NCBI GenBank assembly: GCA_021399345.1
Contig: JAAFKI010000199.1
Coordinates: 1 to 41,762 of the forward strand
Origin: Candidatus Heimdallarchaeota archaeon
Lineage (GTDB): Archaea; Asgardarchaeota; Heimdallarchaeia; Heimdallarchaeales; Heimdallarchaeaceae
DNA: 41,762 bases
Direction of reading: 5' to 3'
In this document: positions 17,708 through 27,787 of the stretch, piece by piece
How the letters are laid out: each line of letters begins with the position of its first letter
Numbering within the stretch: position 1 is the stretch's first letter
Notes under the pieces: model-generated
The model's input: the letters and a program-made list of their open reading frames with translations, nothing else
Database searches by the model: none
What the model was told of the DNA's origin: nothing
Translations under genes and position numbers: made by a program

Positions 17708-20700
17708 TTTCCATCCTCTGTCTTAATCTCACAATAACTTAGAGCATAGTTTTGGAATTTCTTATTGGTTATTTCAAAGGAGCTTGACTCATATGGTAGG
17801 GATTCTGCAATCTTGGTTGAAAAGTCTACTTTGTAAGAAGATTTCTTCTCATCTGAAGATATCTCAATATCATGTAAACTGAGATTCAATCCTTCGCCTA
17901 TAGCTTTGGTAATGGCTTCTTTAATTGTCCAGTAAACAGTTCCTAACTCAGCATTTGAAGAAATTTGATTAAGTTCTTTTTCTGTAAAAGCTTCTTTGTA
18001 GAAAGATTCACTTCTTTCTTCAATCTTTTCGATATCAATACCTATAGGACCTTCTCCTATTGCAGCAATGGCGAAATCACCAGAGTGAGTTATTGAAAGA
18101 TTCAGCTTGCTCTTTTCTTTCTTCCTCTTATCGTAAATGTATGGTTGACCCTTGGTTGTTTTTCTTATTTCAGTTGTCTGAATAACCTTAGCGTCTTTAA
18201 TTACCTCTTTGATAAGTTTTTTAGCAGCAAGCACTCCAGAAAGATATTCAATCTTCCTTTTTTTGTTTTTCTTTCTTTCAAATGATGATCTTTCTTCTGA
18301 AGATAAATATCTCATCACTACCTTAGGTTTAGTATCTAGATAATTAGAAACAGCTGCAGTTGGGATGATTTTCATCATATTGTCTGAAAAAGAGGTTGAG
18401 ATTTGCCAGTATTCTTTCAGTGTCTCAAGTTGTTTTATTCTTTCAGGATTTTCAGTAAAAGAAAACTGTATATGAATCATCCCTAAACCTTCTATAAGGA
18501 CGATTAAACGACCCTTTTCATCAAACACTTCGACATCAAAATAGCTGTAATTTGTATCCTTATCAATGAATTTCGATACAATATGATGTGGTTGTTTATT
18601 GCTATGTATTGAAAGTTTTGCTATATTAGACGGTAACGAAGATTCGTTATTAACGATTATATCATATAACCCCGCAGTTTGTAGAGCTGCTTCTATGGTG
18701 AGAGGATTTATCAGCACTTTACTTTTACTTTCAAAGAACAAATCATCCTCAGGAATTTTAACAAGTGTAACTGCAGTTTCCTTTGAAACATCTAGTAATT
18801 TATCCAAAACTTGGAAACGTTTTCCATGGAAGAATACTTCATAAATTTCTTCTTTTGACATCAATTGTAATTCTGAATCTTCAGATTGGAAGCTTGATTT
18901 TCTTTTCCTTCCTTTCTTTACATTACTACCTATATCTAACTTGAAATGCTCAATTTCTCTTCTTAGTTTTTCATCGTTTTTCGGAATAAAGATAGATTTG
19001 AGAATCATCTCTTCTTTTGAAGAATCATATTCAACAAAGATGTTCTTAGGCACGTTTTTCGGAAGTTTTAATGCAGACGAAAACTCAATTTCTTTCAAGA
19101 TGAATGGTTTTGAGTTTGATACTAGATGGTATACTTCAGAAAACATTTCCAAACCCATCACACCTGGGAAGATTGGTACATCCTGTATTTGATGATCCAG
19201 CATGTATAGATCTGAATCTGTGGATAAAGTATGATATACTCTAAACTTTGAATCGATATACTCTAGACTATTTATCATAGGGTAATTTTTGTTCGAGATT
19301 TGCTGATCTAGAATATGCGCTTCTTCGAATGGTCCTAATCCATTTGATACAACAACTTCCTTTCCAATCTTGTTTAGAAATAGTTTTACAAATACTTCAG
19401 TTCCAGTTTCTAAAGGTATGGGATTTATTCCAAAAGAGCTTAGAATTTGCATTATTGAACCTCTTGTTGCCATCCCTACTCCGCCCCAAGCTGACCAATC
19501 ACATGCTATTGCTGGGATTCCTTGTTGATTGAGCATCCAACATAAACGAGATAGATAACCATTAGCAAAGGAATAATCTATTTGTCCTCTATTACCAAAT
19601 CTTCCTGCTATAGATGCGAAACAAACAACTCTCTTTAGCTTACTTTTATCTAGAGAATTTAGTATATTCCATATTCCTTCAACCTTAACTGATACTATCA
19701 ATCTAGAAAAATCGAATTTCTTCTTCTTGAAGGATTTAGATTCTTCCAACCCTGCTCCGTGAACAATGTGGGTTACTTTTGATTCCATTTGTTTTTCAAT
19801 TTCATCTAAAGCTCTTTTTACCTCCTTCTTTTTTGTCACATCAACTCTATGATATTGTGCTTCAATTTTCAACTTCTTGAGTCTCAGAAGATTTTTCGAA
19901 ACTTCCAAGCCAAAAATGAAATTATTCCATTTTCTATCAATCATGACAGGAGTAACTTTTTCTTCTGTAGCTTTTAGATTTTCAATCATTTTTTCTTTAT
20001 GTTCTTTTAATTCTTCTTCAGAAAGAGCTAAAAGTTCAGGAGTACAATAGGAAATATCCTCAATTCCCATAATTGCAACTTTGGGTTTGACGATAGTACA
20101 TAGAGCTTCAATGCATTTGAATGTGATTCCTCTTCCTCCACCAGTAACTAATAGCAAATCATCGTTCTTAAGATCCAATTTTGATGTTTTGGTAATAACT
20201 TCTGTAATATCAGAGGAAACGAGTGTATATCTTATACCCTTTTGATAAGATATTTCTGTAAAATTATCCCAATACTCTAATTCTTGTAGAATTTCTTTGT
20301 TATTTGATGAATATAAGTGTTTGACTTTCATTTCAAATTCTAATCCAAGAGTTTTAACAAATCCAGAAATTCCTCCAGATATAGGAACTGCATCTGACTC
20401 ATATCCAAAGAATTTCTCTGAAGAAATAGCTATGATTCTTTGGTTAGAATTTAATTCAAGTGATTGAAATAGCTTGAACATATTATTGTAAATCTCTTGG
20501 TCAACATAACCAGGTTTAGATTTTTCATCAGGCAGAATTATAACAAAGGAATCAAATTCCTTATCCTTCAAATCAGAAAGTGAATCATTGAAAATATTGT
20601 ATTCATGATATTGTAAATTCTTATTCGAGAATTCCTCTAAAATTGAGATTATTCTAGACGATTCAAGGTTAATTACTAGAGAGGATAGATTTGATAAATC

Positions 20701-23700
20701 CAGTTTTTCAGCCTTTTCTTTGTTTAAGCTAGCAGGTGATACAATTATTTTATCTATTCTAACGTCTCTCTCCATCTGTATTGACTTCTTAATCTCTGAA
20801 CCAGATTTCACATCTTTTGAGATTGTACTATCTATTACTGCATGCTTGGAGACGTAATTAGCAATATCTTGGATTGATCTGAATTCTGCTAAGCTTACAG
20901 TTTCATCTAGAGGAATATCGTATATTTCTCGTATCTCCCCAAAGATTTCAGCTTGCTTGATGGTATCAATTCCCAAATCTTCTTCTAAATCCATATCATA
21001 TTCAATTAAATCAGGTTCATATCCAGTTGTTTCGGAAACAATTTCTCTTATTCGGACTATAAGACTGGAATCATCAATAGATTGAGAAACAGCTGTTTTC
21101 TTGGAACTTTCTTCTTTATGATCCTGCGGAAGTTTCTCCAGAATATAAGACACTATTTTGTTTGGTGAAGTAAATTCAGCAAGACTAAGTGTTTCATCCA
21201 ATTCAAGATCCCATTTATCTCTAACAATACCAAAAACCTCAGCTTGCTTTACAGTATCAATCCCTAAATCCTCTTCTAAATGCATATCAGCTTCAATTAA
21301 ATTAGACTCATACCCAGTTATCTCTGAAATAATGTTGGTTAGTTCTGAAAGAATATTGCTTGATCCGACCGAATGGAGTACAGGTTTCCTTCCAAGTTTT
21401 TCACCTGTAGAATCTATCTTTCTTGGTTTTGTTCTCATCTTTAGAACTCTACCATCTAGAAATGTGCTGTCAAGACTCCCATTCAGCTGATTCAGCCAAT
21501 TCTCATGATAAATCAAATCATATCGGTCTTCATGAGTATTCAATCTAAATGCTGTAAAAGCAATCTGAGAACCAAAACCTGCAGCTAATCTTATTGCATA
21601 TTTAGCCCTTTTATTTTCTCCTTTTGAAAAGCTTAAACCATTAAATGCTGGATCAATTTGGGAGTAATTTGCAATAGGTGGAATAATACCTCTCTCCATA
21701 GATTTTATAGCCACGCATTCCTCCACACCAGCTCCCATTGCATGACCAGTATAACCTTTTGTATTTACGATAATCAGCTTGGATACATCTGTTCCAAATA
21801 CTGATTTTAGAGCTTCAATTTCAGCTTCAGCACTACCTCCTCGAGCTGGCGTATAAGTTTCATGTGAAACAAAGATACCATTTTCTGCAATTTCCTTTCT
21901 TGAGATATTGTAATTCTTTTCAACTTTATTAATAAAATTCTCAAATACTTGTGTTATGTTCTTAACATCAAGTCTAGAACCATGGAAAGCACTGTTTGTA
22001 AATTGTGAACCTATTAAGTCGACAATAGGTTTAACTCCTCTTTTTTCATAAGCAGATTCTTTTTCAATTATTAATCCTGCAGCTGCTGATCCAATAATCA
22101 GACCATGTCTATTTTTACCAAAAGGCAATGCAGCTTTTTCTATTTCCCCTTCTGTTGTAACTCCTCCAGCAACCAAAAATCCTGAACCAATCCAAGGAAG
22201 TAAGTTCTCACCAGCTGCATCATCAGCAGCGATAACTATAACTCTGTTACATCTACCTGTTTTAATCCAATCCTCTGCAATGCCAATTGCCTGAGTAGTA
22301 GAAGCACAAGCAGCATTTATTTGAGTGTTTGGTCCTTTTGCCTTAATCATTTGTGCAAACTGTGCATGCCCCAATGAAAGAATTTTGAATAGAAAATTCC
22401 GACTGAAACCTCTTTTTTCCCCAGATTCTTGATATTCACTAATTTCTTTAATTAGATTATCATACCCTGGAAAAGCTGAAGCAAAGACGATCCCTGTTTC
22501 TTCCTGTAACTCCTCTGGAAGAGCCCATTCTCCCTCAAGAATCTTTCCTGTAGTAGTAGTTATTGATGATTTTACCAAAGGAATTCCTGCATCAGTTAAA
22601 GCTTCCAAACCTGCACAAATAGCAAGAGTAAACGTGATGTCTAGAGATTGTAAAAATTTCTCATTTAGACCAAAATCATTGATAGGATCAAATTTGCCTA
22701 TTTGTCCAGCTAAACTGATTACTTGAGTTAAATCATTTATTTCTTCAAATGATGCAGAACCATCAGCAGATTTTACTAATCGATTAATGTTTTTATCAAG
22801 AATTTGTTGCTTTATTTCATCTTCAACAGTATCGATGAAATTGTGCCCAGAGAGAATCAAATCTATGTTCTCGTCATCAAATACATTTTGACTCTTTCCT
22901 GGTAACCCTATTCCAACTCCAGTAATACCAATTAATTCTTCACTCAAAGAAGAAACACTTCTGGTTTCAGTTGGTGCTTCAGACTTACCCAAATAAGTTG
23001 TATAGATTTCATGTCCTGTTTTTAAGAAATTTTCTAACAAACTTGGGTTTCTTTGAATGAATGATTCAAAATCTGATTTTTTGGAAGCAAAAACTGGTAT
23101 CTCTTTTTGTACTATAGAATGTTCAAAGCTTTGATCCAAAGTACTGAAATCTATTCCACCATTTTCATAACCAGCTTGAATGATTTTGTTTACTGTATCT
23201 TTGATTTTATTGATATCATCATCCTTTGCACTTAGAGTATTGAAAACGTTTATGTCAGCCTTATCTTTGAGAATATCTTTAGCAAAAGAGAATAATGCTT
23301 TCTTAGGTCCAACTTCAACGAAATATCTAGCTCCTGCTTTATACATGTTTTCTACTTCATCAACCCATCGTACAGATGAACTTATTTGTTCCACCAGAAG
23401 ATTCCTCATTAATGAAGGATCATTTGGATATGGAAGGCTTGTTACATTACTATAAACAGGAATAGAAGGGCGTTTAAATTCTATTTTTGATAGTACTTTT
23501 TCCATTTCTTCTTCTACATTTTTGACAATTTGAGAGTGAAATGCTGTTGATACATTAAGTCTTATGGCTTTTACTCCTCTCTTCTTAGATATCTCTAATA
23601 CTTCCTCAACACTCTCAATATCACCTGAAACAACTGTTTGAGATTTTGAATTATAATTTGCAATAGTCAAATAGGTTTTTTTAACTTCATCCACTATTTC

Positions 23701-26700
23701 TTTCACTATATCAATTGGAGCAAGTACAGCAGCCATCGCACCAGGCACAGTATTTCCTGCCCTACTCATTGCTCTACCGCGCTCTATCACTGCCCTTAAT
23801 CCATCTTCAAAAGATAATGAACCCGCGATCACTAATGCCACATATTCTCCTAGACTATGTCCAGAAACAATATCAGGTAGTATACCTTCTTCAGATAGAA
23901 GTCGTGCTATAGCTATATCTACAATGAATAAAGCTGGTTGAGTAAATTTAGTATCAGTTAATCTTTTCTTATTAGCTTCATTAGATAGTTTTTCCGAACC
24001 AAATATTATTTCCTTCAGACTATAGCTATAATAACTGTACCAGATTTTTTCTGCTTTCTCAAAAGTTTGAGCTACAATTGAAGAATTTTCATAAAGATGT
24101 TTAGCCATGCCTAAATATTGACTGCCTTGTCCAGTAAACATGAAACTTAATTTTGGTTTAATACTTTGAAGGGATATTTCATCTTTGGAAGTCAGAACAG
24201 ATGTTTCAGCAACAGGAAGAGGGCTTTCGTCAAATATATATTCTACTTTTTCAGGTGAGTATTCTTCCAATATTGTGTGAAAATTAGTTCCGCCAAAGCC
24301 GAAAGCAGATAAACCAGCTCTTCGAAGAATCCCTTTCTCTACATTCCAATCAATGGGTTCAGTATTTACTTTTAAATTTGATTTATCCCAATCAATTTTT
24401 GGGTTAAGTTTTTGAACATTTATTGAAGGTGGTAATATCTTATTATAGATGGTAAGTGTTGTTTTTATCAGAGACGCAATTCCAGCAGCAGCCTTTAGAT
24501 GACCTATTTGGCTTTTTATAGAACCTACTGCAAGTTTTTTTGTATTTTTACGGTCTTGAAAAACTTCTTTTAGAACATTTAATTCTACAGCGTCACCTAC
24601 AATAGTTGATGTACCATGAGCTTCAATGTAATCAACATCATCTATTGTTAAATCTGCTAAACGGAGAGCCATTGAAATAGCTTGTTTTTGTCCCTCTGGA
24701 TTTGGAGCGGTTATACTTTTCCCTTTACCATCTGAAGATGAACCAATAGCTGGGATGACAGCATATATTTTATTTTCATCTCTAATAGCATCCTCCAATC
24801 TTTTCAAGACCATAAATCCTGCACCTTCTCCCATAACAAAACCATCAGCACTTTCATCAAAGGGACAAGAACCTTTTGCAGAGAGAGCTCCAATCTTACT
24901 AAATTTCACATAAGAAGCAACATCCATAGATCTATCTGCACCACCTACCAAAGCTGTATCGAAATCACCAGATGTTAATGATTTAATAGCTGTATCTAAA
25001 GCAGCTATACTTGAAGCACAAGCTGCATCAGTAGTCATAGACTTACCTGTAAGATTAAACACATTAGCAATTCGACCGGATATAACATTAGACAATTCTC
25101 CAGGCATTGAATCTTCAGTAATTGAAGGATATTTTTCATCATAATTTTCTTTTAGATTTTGTAAGAGGGAATTCTGTTCTTCTTCACCAAGTGATTTGAA
25201 AACTGCATTATTTTCTAGCTCAAAAAGGAATTCAGGAACAAATAATCCTCTGTTAGTTGTTCTTTGATTTTCACCACCTAAAGCATTACCAATAATTACT
25301 GCAATTGGAAGTCTATTCTTTCCATCTGTAGAGATACCTGCATCATCTAAAGCTTGTTTTGCAGCGTCAAGAGACCATTTTTGAACTTCATCCATACTAT
25401 TTGCTATTTTAGGTGGAATTCGATAATTGATAGAATTAAATTTGTAATCTTTTACAAAAGCCCCTATTTTAGAATAGCTTTTATTTTGAGCTGTTTTATC
25501 TTCGTCAAAATGGATGTTTTTATCCCATCTTGAATCTGGAACCTCAGTAATTGAATATTTTTTGGAAGTTATATTAGCCCAGTATTCACTAATATTTGCA
25601 GAGTCTGGAAAAATACATCCTAAACCAATTATCGCGATTCTATTTTTTGATGATAATTCCGAAATTTGAATTTTTGGAACATCAATAACCACATCTCTTG
25701 TTAACATCCTTTCAATTGAATTTCTTGTATTTCTGAATAGTTCTTTTCCAGATACTACGATATCATAATGAAGATCTTTAATCTGAACAACATTACGCTT
25801 CAAACTGATAATTTCGCCTGCCATGAAACATCCTAAAGAAATATGGTCTTTTTCATCAACTAAATTAAATTGTGTTAAATCTCCTTCTGGTACATAATCC
25901 TCATTCCAAATCTCGGCTTTTGCAGCAATTCTGAGAGCTCCCAGATTATCTTTCTCATAGAGTTTCTTTCTTTCGCTGATAGGTAACCCTTCTTTAATCC
26001 AAATTCGTTCGTTTTCAATTGTTTGAGATACAAATTCAGAGGGTATAACGCGAGCACGTGTATTAACTGTAGAACCTATGACTTTAGTGATATTTGAATC
26101 AAGAAGTTTTTCTTGATATAATGAAGTGAGAGCTTTTGTTTTTACAATCTCATCAGTGAAAAGATAAGCTGTTCCCATCTGAATCCCAGGATTTATCAAA
26201 TCTAGGTGATTTCCAATCATTCCAGCTATCATAGCAGCTCCAAGTTCATCTCCAATACCACCAGCAAATACAACATTGGTTTTTTCAGATATCTGATTTG
26301 CATTTTTACTGAGATACTGTAAAATTGATTCCCAGAGAGTTAAAGATGTAAAAATGCCTATATGTCCCCCACATTCAGAGCCTTCTAAAATAACATGTTT
26401 GTGACCATATTTTATGGCTTCCTTGAATAAGCTTAAAGCTGGAGTATGAATGATAGTTTTCATCCCCATTTTTTGAATTCTAGTTGCTAGTTGAATAGAT
26501 CCTGCTGCAATTAGACAGATGGGAGTTTTGTTCTTAGCCATTAGAGAGATATGAGCTTCTCGTCTCTCTTTCATCACCTCTAAACCGATAATACCTCCTG
26601 CATAATTCTGGTTTTTGGGAAATTTCGAGTTGAATTCTGCGAATAGTTCTTCAGCTTCTTCTATCAAGAGTCCTCCCATAGCTAAAACTGGCAATGCCCC

Positions 26701-27777
26701 TTCTTCTGCTACTTTTATTGCAAAATCAGTCTTATCTGTAATATTGGCCATAGGACCTTGAATGATAGGAAATTTAATTTCTAGGCTTTTTGCAAATTCG
26801 CTTTCTTCTTCAAATGGCCAGTTAGCTGAAACTGTTTTGACTTGTTCTTGAATGATTTCTTGAATTGAAGTTAGAAATGATCTTAAATCATCGAAAATTT
26901 CTTTTATAAAGGGAGCAAAACTTAAACCTATATCACAAGGCAAGAATGAATGTTTCATTTCTTCTGAATCAAAGAAATGAGATTTACTTGAGAGTTGTTT
27001 CAAAAATTCTAGTAGTCCTTCTTCTCCTTTATCAGAGTTTTCTTTCTCAAATTTCTTTAATTCTCGAATAGAATTATTAGCAATTTTACCTATCAATCTG
27101 TATTTGTTAGAATAGCTTTCTCCTGCGATGTATGTATCGTTCTCATCAAGCTTTTCGAGGTATTCTTTGGTCAACAAACTAAGGGGACATTCAGGAAGAA
27201 GAAAAAGTTGTCCTTCTAGAACTACGCCTAGTGCTCCCCCTACTATAGCTGTAACTATGTTGTAGACACCAAAACCTCCTTGAATAATAAAAGGAAATCC
27301 AGCTTTATTGAATTCTTGAATCAAAATAAAAGATGTTTGATCACTTATTTTCCCTCCTGATTCAAACCCTTTTACTAAAAAGAAATCTACCCAGTCTGTT
27401 CTTTCTTGAGCCTCATCTAAATTTACAACTTCAGCAACTTTCCATTTAAGCTTTGAAACTAGTTTTACTAAATCATCTTGTCCTATTTCAAAAGCTATAA
27501 TTCCAATAGGTATTGAGTCTACTTCAGACAGAACCGATAAAGATTCTACATCAGGGAATCGAACTCCCCATAGTTTGTCAGAAGGAATCTTACTTGAACA
27601 AGTCTCAATTATTTCTTTCGAAACACTTTCTTCTAATCCTTCAAGATCGATTAAACCAATTCCACCTTTCAATGAAAGTTCAATCGCTAATTTAGGATTA
27701 CTTATTCCCTTTGGAGAATAACCCCATATTATTTCGTTTAATCTAAGTTCTTTTTCTAATTGTTTCTTAGTTTTCAT
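17704..27777 (-). CDS. Type I iterative PKS/FAS-like megasynthase: pseudoER-ER(FabK/PfaD-like)-KS-AT-KS-ACP-ACP-KR-DH-PPTase
   Basis: ER: PIIQGPMA, EGSECGGH, FAGGI, QMGTAYL. KS1: DAACASS (C920), EAHGTST, IGHLK. AT: GQGSQ, GHSLG (S1308), AFHS. KS2: NAACAST (C1824), SHETYT, TGHAM. ACPs: LGIDTVK, LGIDTIK. KR: TGGGRGI, GQIDYSFAN. DH: LDHQIQDVPIFP (H2862). PPTase: SITHS, GIDIE, WTIKEA. An AGGTG SD lies upstream. Confidence 0.93.
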   Translation of the reverse strand: MKTKKQLEKELRLNEIIWGYSPKGISNPKLAIELSLKGGIGLIDLEGLEESVSKEIIETCSSKIPSDKLWGVRFPDVESLSVLSEVDSIPIGIIAFEIGQDDLVKLVSKLKWKVAEVVNLDEAQERTDWVDFFLVKGFESGGKISDQTSFILIQEFNKAGFPFIIQGGFGVYNIVTAIVGGALGVVLEGQLFLLPECPLSLLTKEYLEKLDENDTYIAGESYSNKYRLIGKIANNSIRELKKFEKENSDKGEEGLLEFLKQLSSKSHFFDSEEMKHSFLPCDIGLSFAPFIKEIFDDLRSFLTSIQEIIQEQVKTVSANWPFEEESEFAKSLEIKFPIIQGPMANITDKTDFAIKVAEEGALPVLAMGGLLIEEAEELFAEFNSKFPKNQNYAGGIIGLEVMKERREAHISLMAKNKTPICLIAAGSIQLATRIQKMGMKTIIHTPALSLFKEAIKYGHKHVILEGSECGGHIGIFTSLTLWESILQYLSKNANQISEKTNVVFAGGIGDELGAAMIAGMIGNHLDLINPGIQMGTAYLFTDEIVKTKALTSLYQEKLLDSNITKVIGSTVNTRARVIPSEFVSQTIENERIWIKEGLPISERKKLYEKDNLGALRIAAKAEIWNEDYVPEGDLTQFNLVDEKDHISLGCFMAGEIISLKRNVVQIKDLHYDIVVSGKELFRNTRNSIERMLTRDVVIDVPKIQISELSSKNRIAIIGLGCIFPDSANISEYWANITSKKYSITEVPDSRWDKNIHFDEDKTAQNKSYSKIGAFVKDYKFNSINYRIPPKIANSMDEVQKWSLDAAKQALDDAGISTDGKNRLPIAVIIGNALGGENQRTTNRGLFVPEFLFELENNAVFKSLGEEEQNSLLQNLKENYDEKYPSITEDSMPGELSNVISGRIANVFNLTGKSMTTDAACASSIAALDTAIKSLTSGDFDTALVGGADRSMDVASYVKFSKIGALSAKGSCPFDESADGFVMGEGAGFMVLKRLEDAIRDENKIYAVIPAIGSSSDGKGKSITAPNPEGQKQAISMALRLADLTIDDVDYIEAHGTSTIVGDAVELNVLKEVFQDRKNTKKLAVGSIKSQIGHLKAAAGIASLIKTTLTIYNKILPPSINVQKLNPKIDWDKSNLKVNTEPIDWNVEKGILRRAGLSAFGFGGTNFHTILEEYSPEKVEYIFDESPLPVAETSVLTSKDEISLQSIKPKLSFMFTGQGSQYLGMAKHLYENSSIVAQTFEKAEKIWYSYYSYSLKEIIFGSEKLSNEANKKRLTDTKFTQPALFIVDIAIARLLSEEGILPDIVSGHSLGEYVALVIAGSLSFEDGLRAVIERGRAMSRAGNTVPGAMAAVLAPIDIVKEIVDEVKKTYLTIANYNSKSQTVVSGDIESVEEVLEISKKRGVKAIRLNVSTAFHSQIVKNVEEEMEKVLSKIEFKRPSIPVYSNVTSLPYPNDPSLMRNLLVEQISSSVRWVDEVENMYKAGARYFVEVGPKKALFSFAKDILKDKADINVFNTLSAKDDDINKIKDTVNKIIQAGYENGGIDFSTLDQSFEHSIVQKEIPVFASKKSDFESFIQRNPSLLENFLKTGHEIYTTYLGKSEAPTETRSVSSLSEELIGITGVGIGLPGKSQNVFDDENIDLILSGHNFIDTVEDEIKQQILDKNINRLVKSADGSASFEEINDLTQVISLAGQIGKFDPINDFGLNEKFLQSLDITFTLAICAGLEALTDAGIPLVKSSITTTTGKILEGEWALPEELQEETGIVFASAFPGYDNLIKEISEYQESGEKRGFSRNFLFKILSLGHAQFAQMIKAKGPNTQINAACASTTQAIGIAEDWIKTGRCNRVIVIAADDAAGENLLPWIGSGFLVAGGVTTEGEIEKAALPFGKNRHGLIIGSAAAGLIIEKESAYEKRGVKPIVDLIGSQFTNSAFHGSRLDVKNITQVFENFINKVEKNYNISRKEIAENGIFVSHETYTPARGGSAEAEIEALKSVFGTDVSKLIIVNTKGYTGHAMGAGVEECVAIKSMERGIIPPIANYSQIDPAFNGLSFSKGENKRAKYAIRLAAGFGSQIAFTAFRLNTHEDRYDLIYHENWLNQLNGSLDSTFLDGRVLKMRTKPRKIDSTGEKLGRKPVLHSVGSSNILSELTNIISEITGYESNLIEADMHLEEDLGIDTVKQAEVFGIVRDKWDLELDETLSLAEFTSPNKIVSYILEKLPQDHKEESSKKTAVSQSIDDSSLIVRIREIVSETTGYEPDLIEYDMDLEEDLGIDTIKQAEIFGEIREIYDIPLDETVSLAEFRSIQDIANYVSKHAVIDSTISKDVKSGSEIKKSIQMERDVRIDKIIVSPASLNKEKAEKLDLSNLSSLVINLESSRIISILEEFSNKNLQYHEYNIFNDSLSDLKDKEFDSFVIILPDEKSKPGYVDQEIYNNMFKLFQSLELNSNQRIIAISSEKFFGYESDAVPISGGISGFVKTLGLEFEMKVKHLYSSNNKEILQELEYWDNFTEISYQKGIRYTLVSSDITEVITKTSKLDLKNDDLLLVTGGGRGITFKCIEALCTIVKPKVAIMGIEDISYCTPELLALSEEELKEHKEKMIENLKATEEKVTPVMIDRKWNNFIFGLEVSKNLLRLKKLKIEAQYHRVDVTKKKEVKRALDEIEKQMESKVTHIVHGAGLEESKSFKKKKFDFSRLIVSVKVEGIWNILNSLDKSKLKRVVCFASIAGRFGNRGQIDYSFANGYLSRLCWMLNQQGIPAIACDWSAWGGVGMATRGSIMQILSSFGINPIPLETGTEVFVKLFLNKIGKEVVVSNGLGPFEEAHILDQQISNKNYPMINSLEYIDSKFRVYHTLSTDSDLYMLDHQIQDVPIFPGVMGLEMFSEVYHLVSNSKPFILKEIEFSSALKLPKNVPKNIFVEYDSSKEEMILKSIFIPKNDEKLRREIEHFKLDIGSNVKKGRKRKSSFQSEDSELQLMSKEEIYEVFFHGKRFQVLDKLLDVSKETAVTLVKIPEDDLFFESKSKVLINPLTIEAALQTAGLYDIIVNNESSLPSNIAKLSIHSNKQPHHIVSKFIDKDTNYSYFDVEVFDEKGRLIVLIEGLGMIHIQFSFTENPERIKQLETLKEYWQISTSFSDNMMKIIPTAAVSNYLDTKPKVVMRYLSSEERSSFERKKNKKRKIEYLSGVLAAKKLIKEVIKDAKVIQTTEIRKTTKGQPYIYDKRKKEKSKLNLSITHSGDFAIAAIGEGPIGIDIEKIEERSESFYKEAFTEKELNQISSNAELGTVYWTIKEAITKAIGEGLNLSLHDIEISSDEKKSSYKVDFSTKIAESLPYESSSFEITNKKFQNYALSYCEIKTEDGK

Positions 27778-27787
27778 CTATAACACC

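Noticed and set aside
17704-27777. Assigning pfaA or pksE as a gene symbol, or predicting a PUFA or enediyne product
   Set aside because: The architecture matches neither: no FabA-type DH pair or PfaB/C genes, no enediyne accessory cassette recognised, and an extra KS and ER are present.
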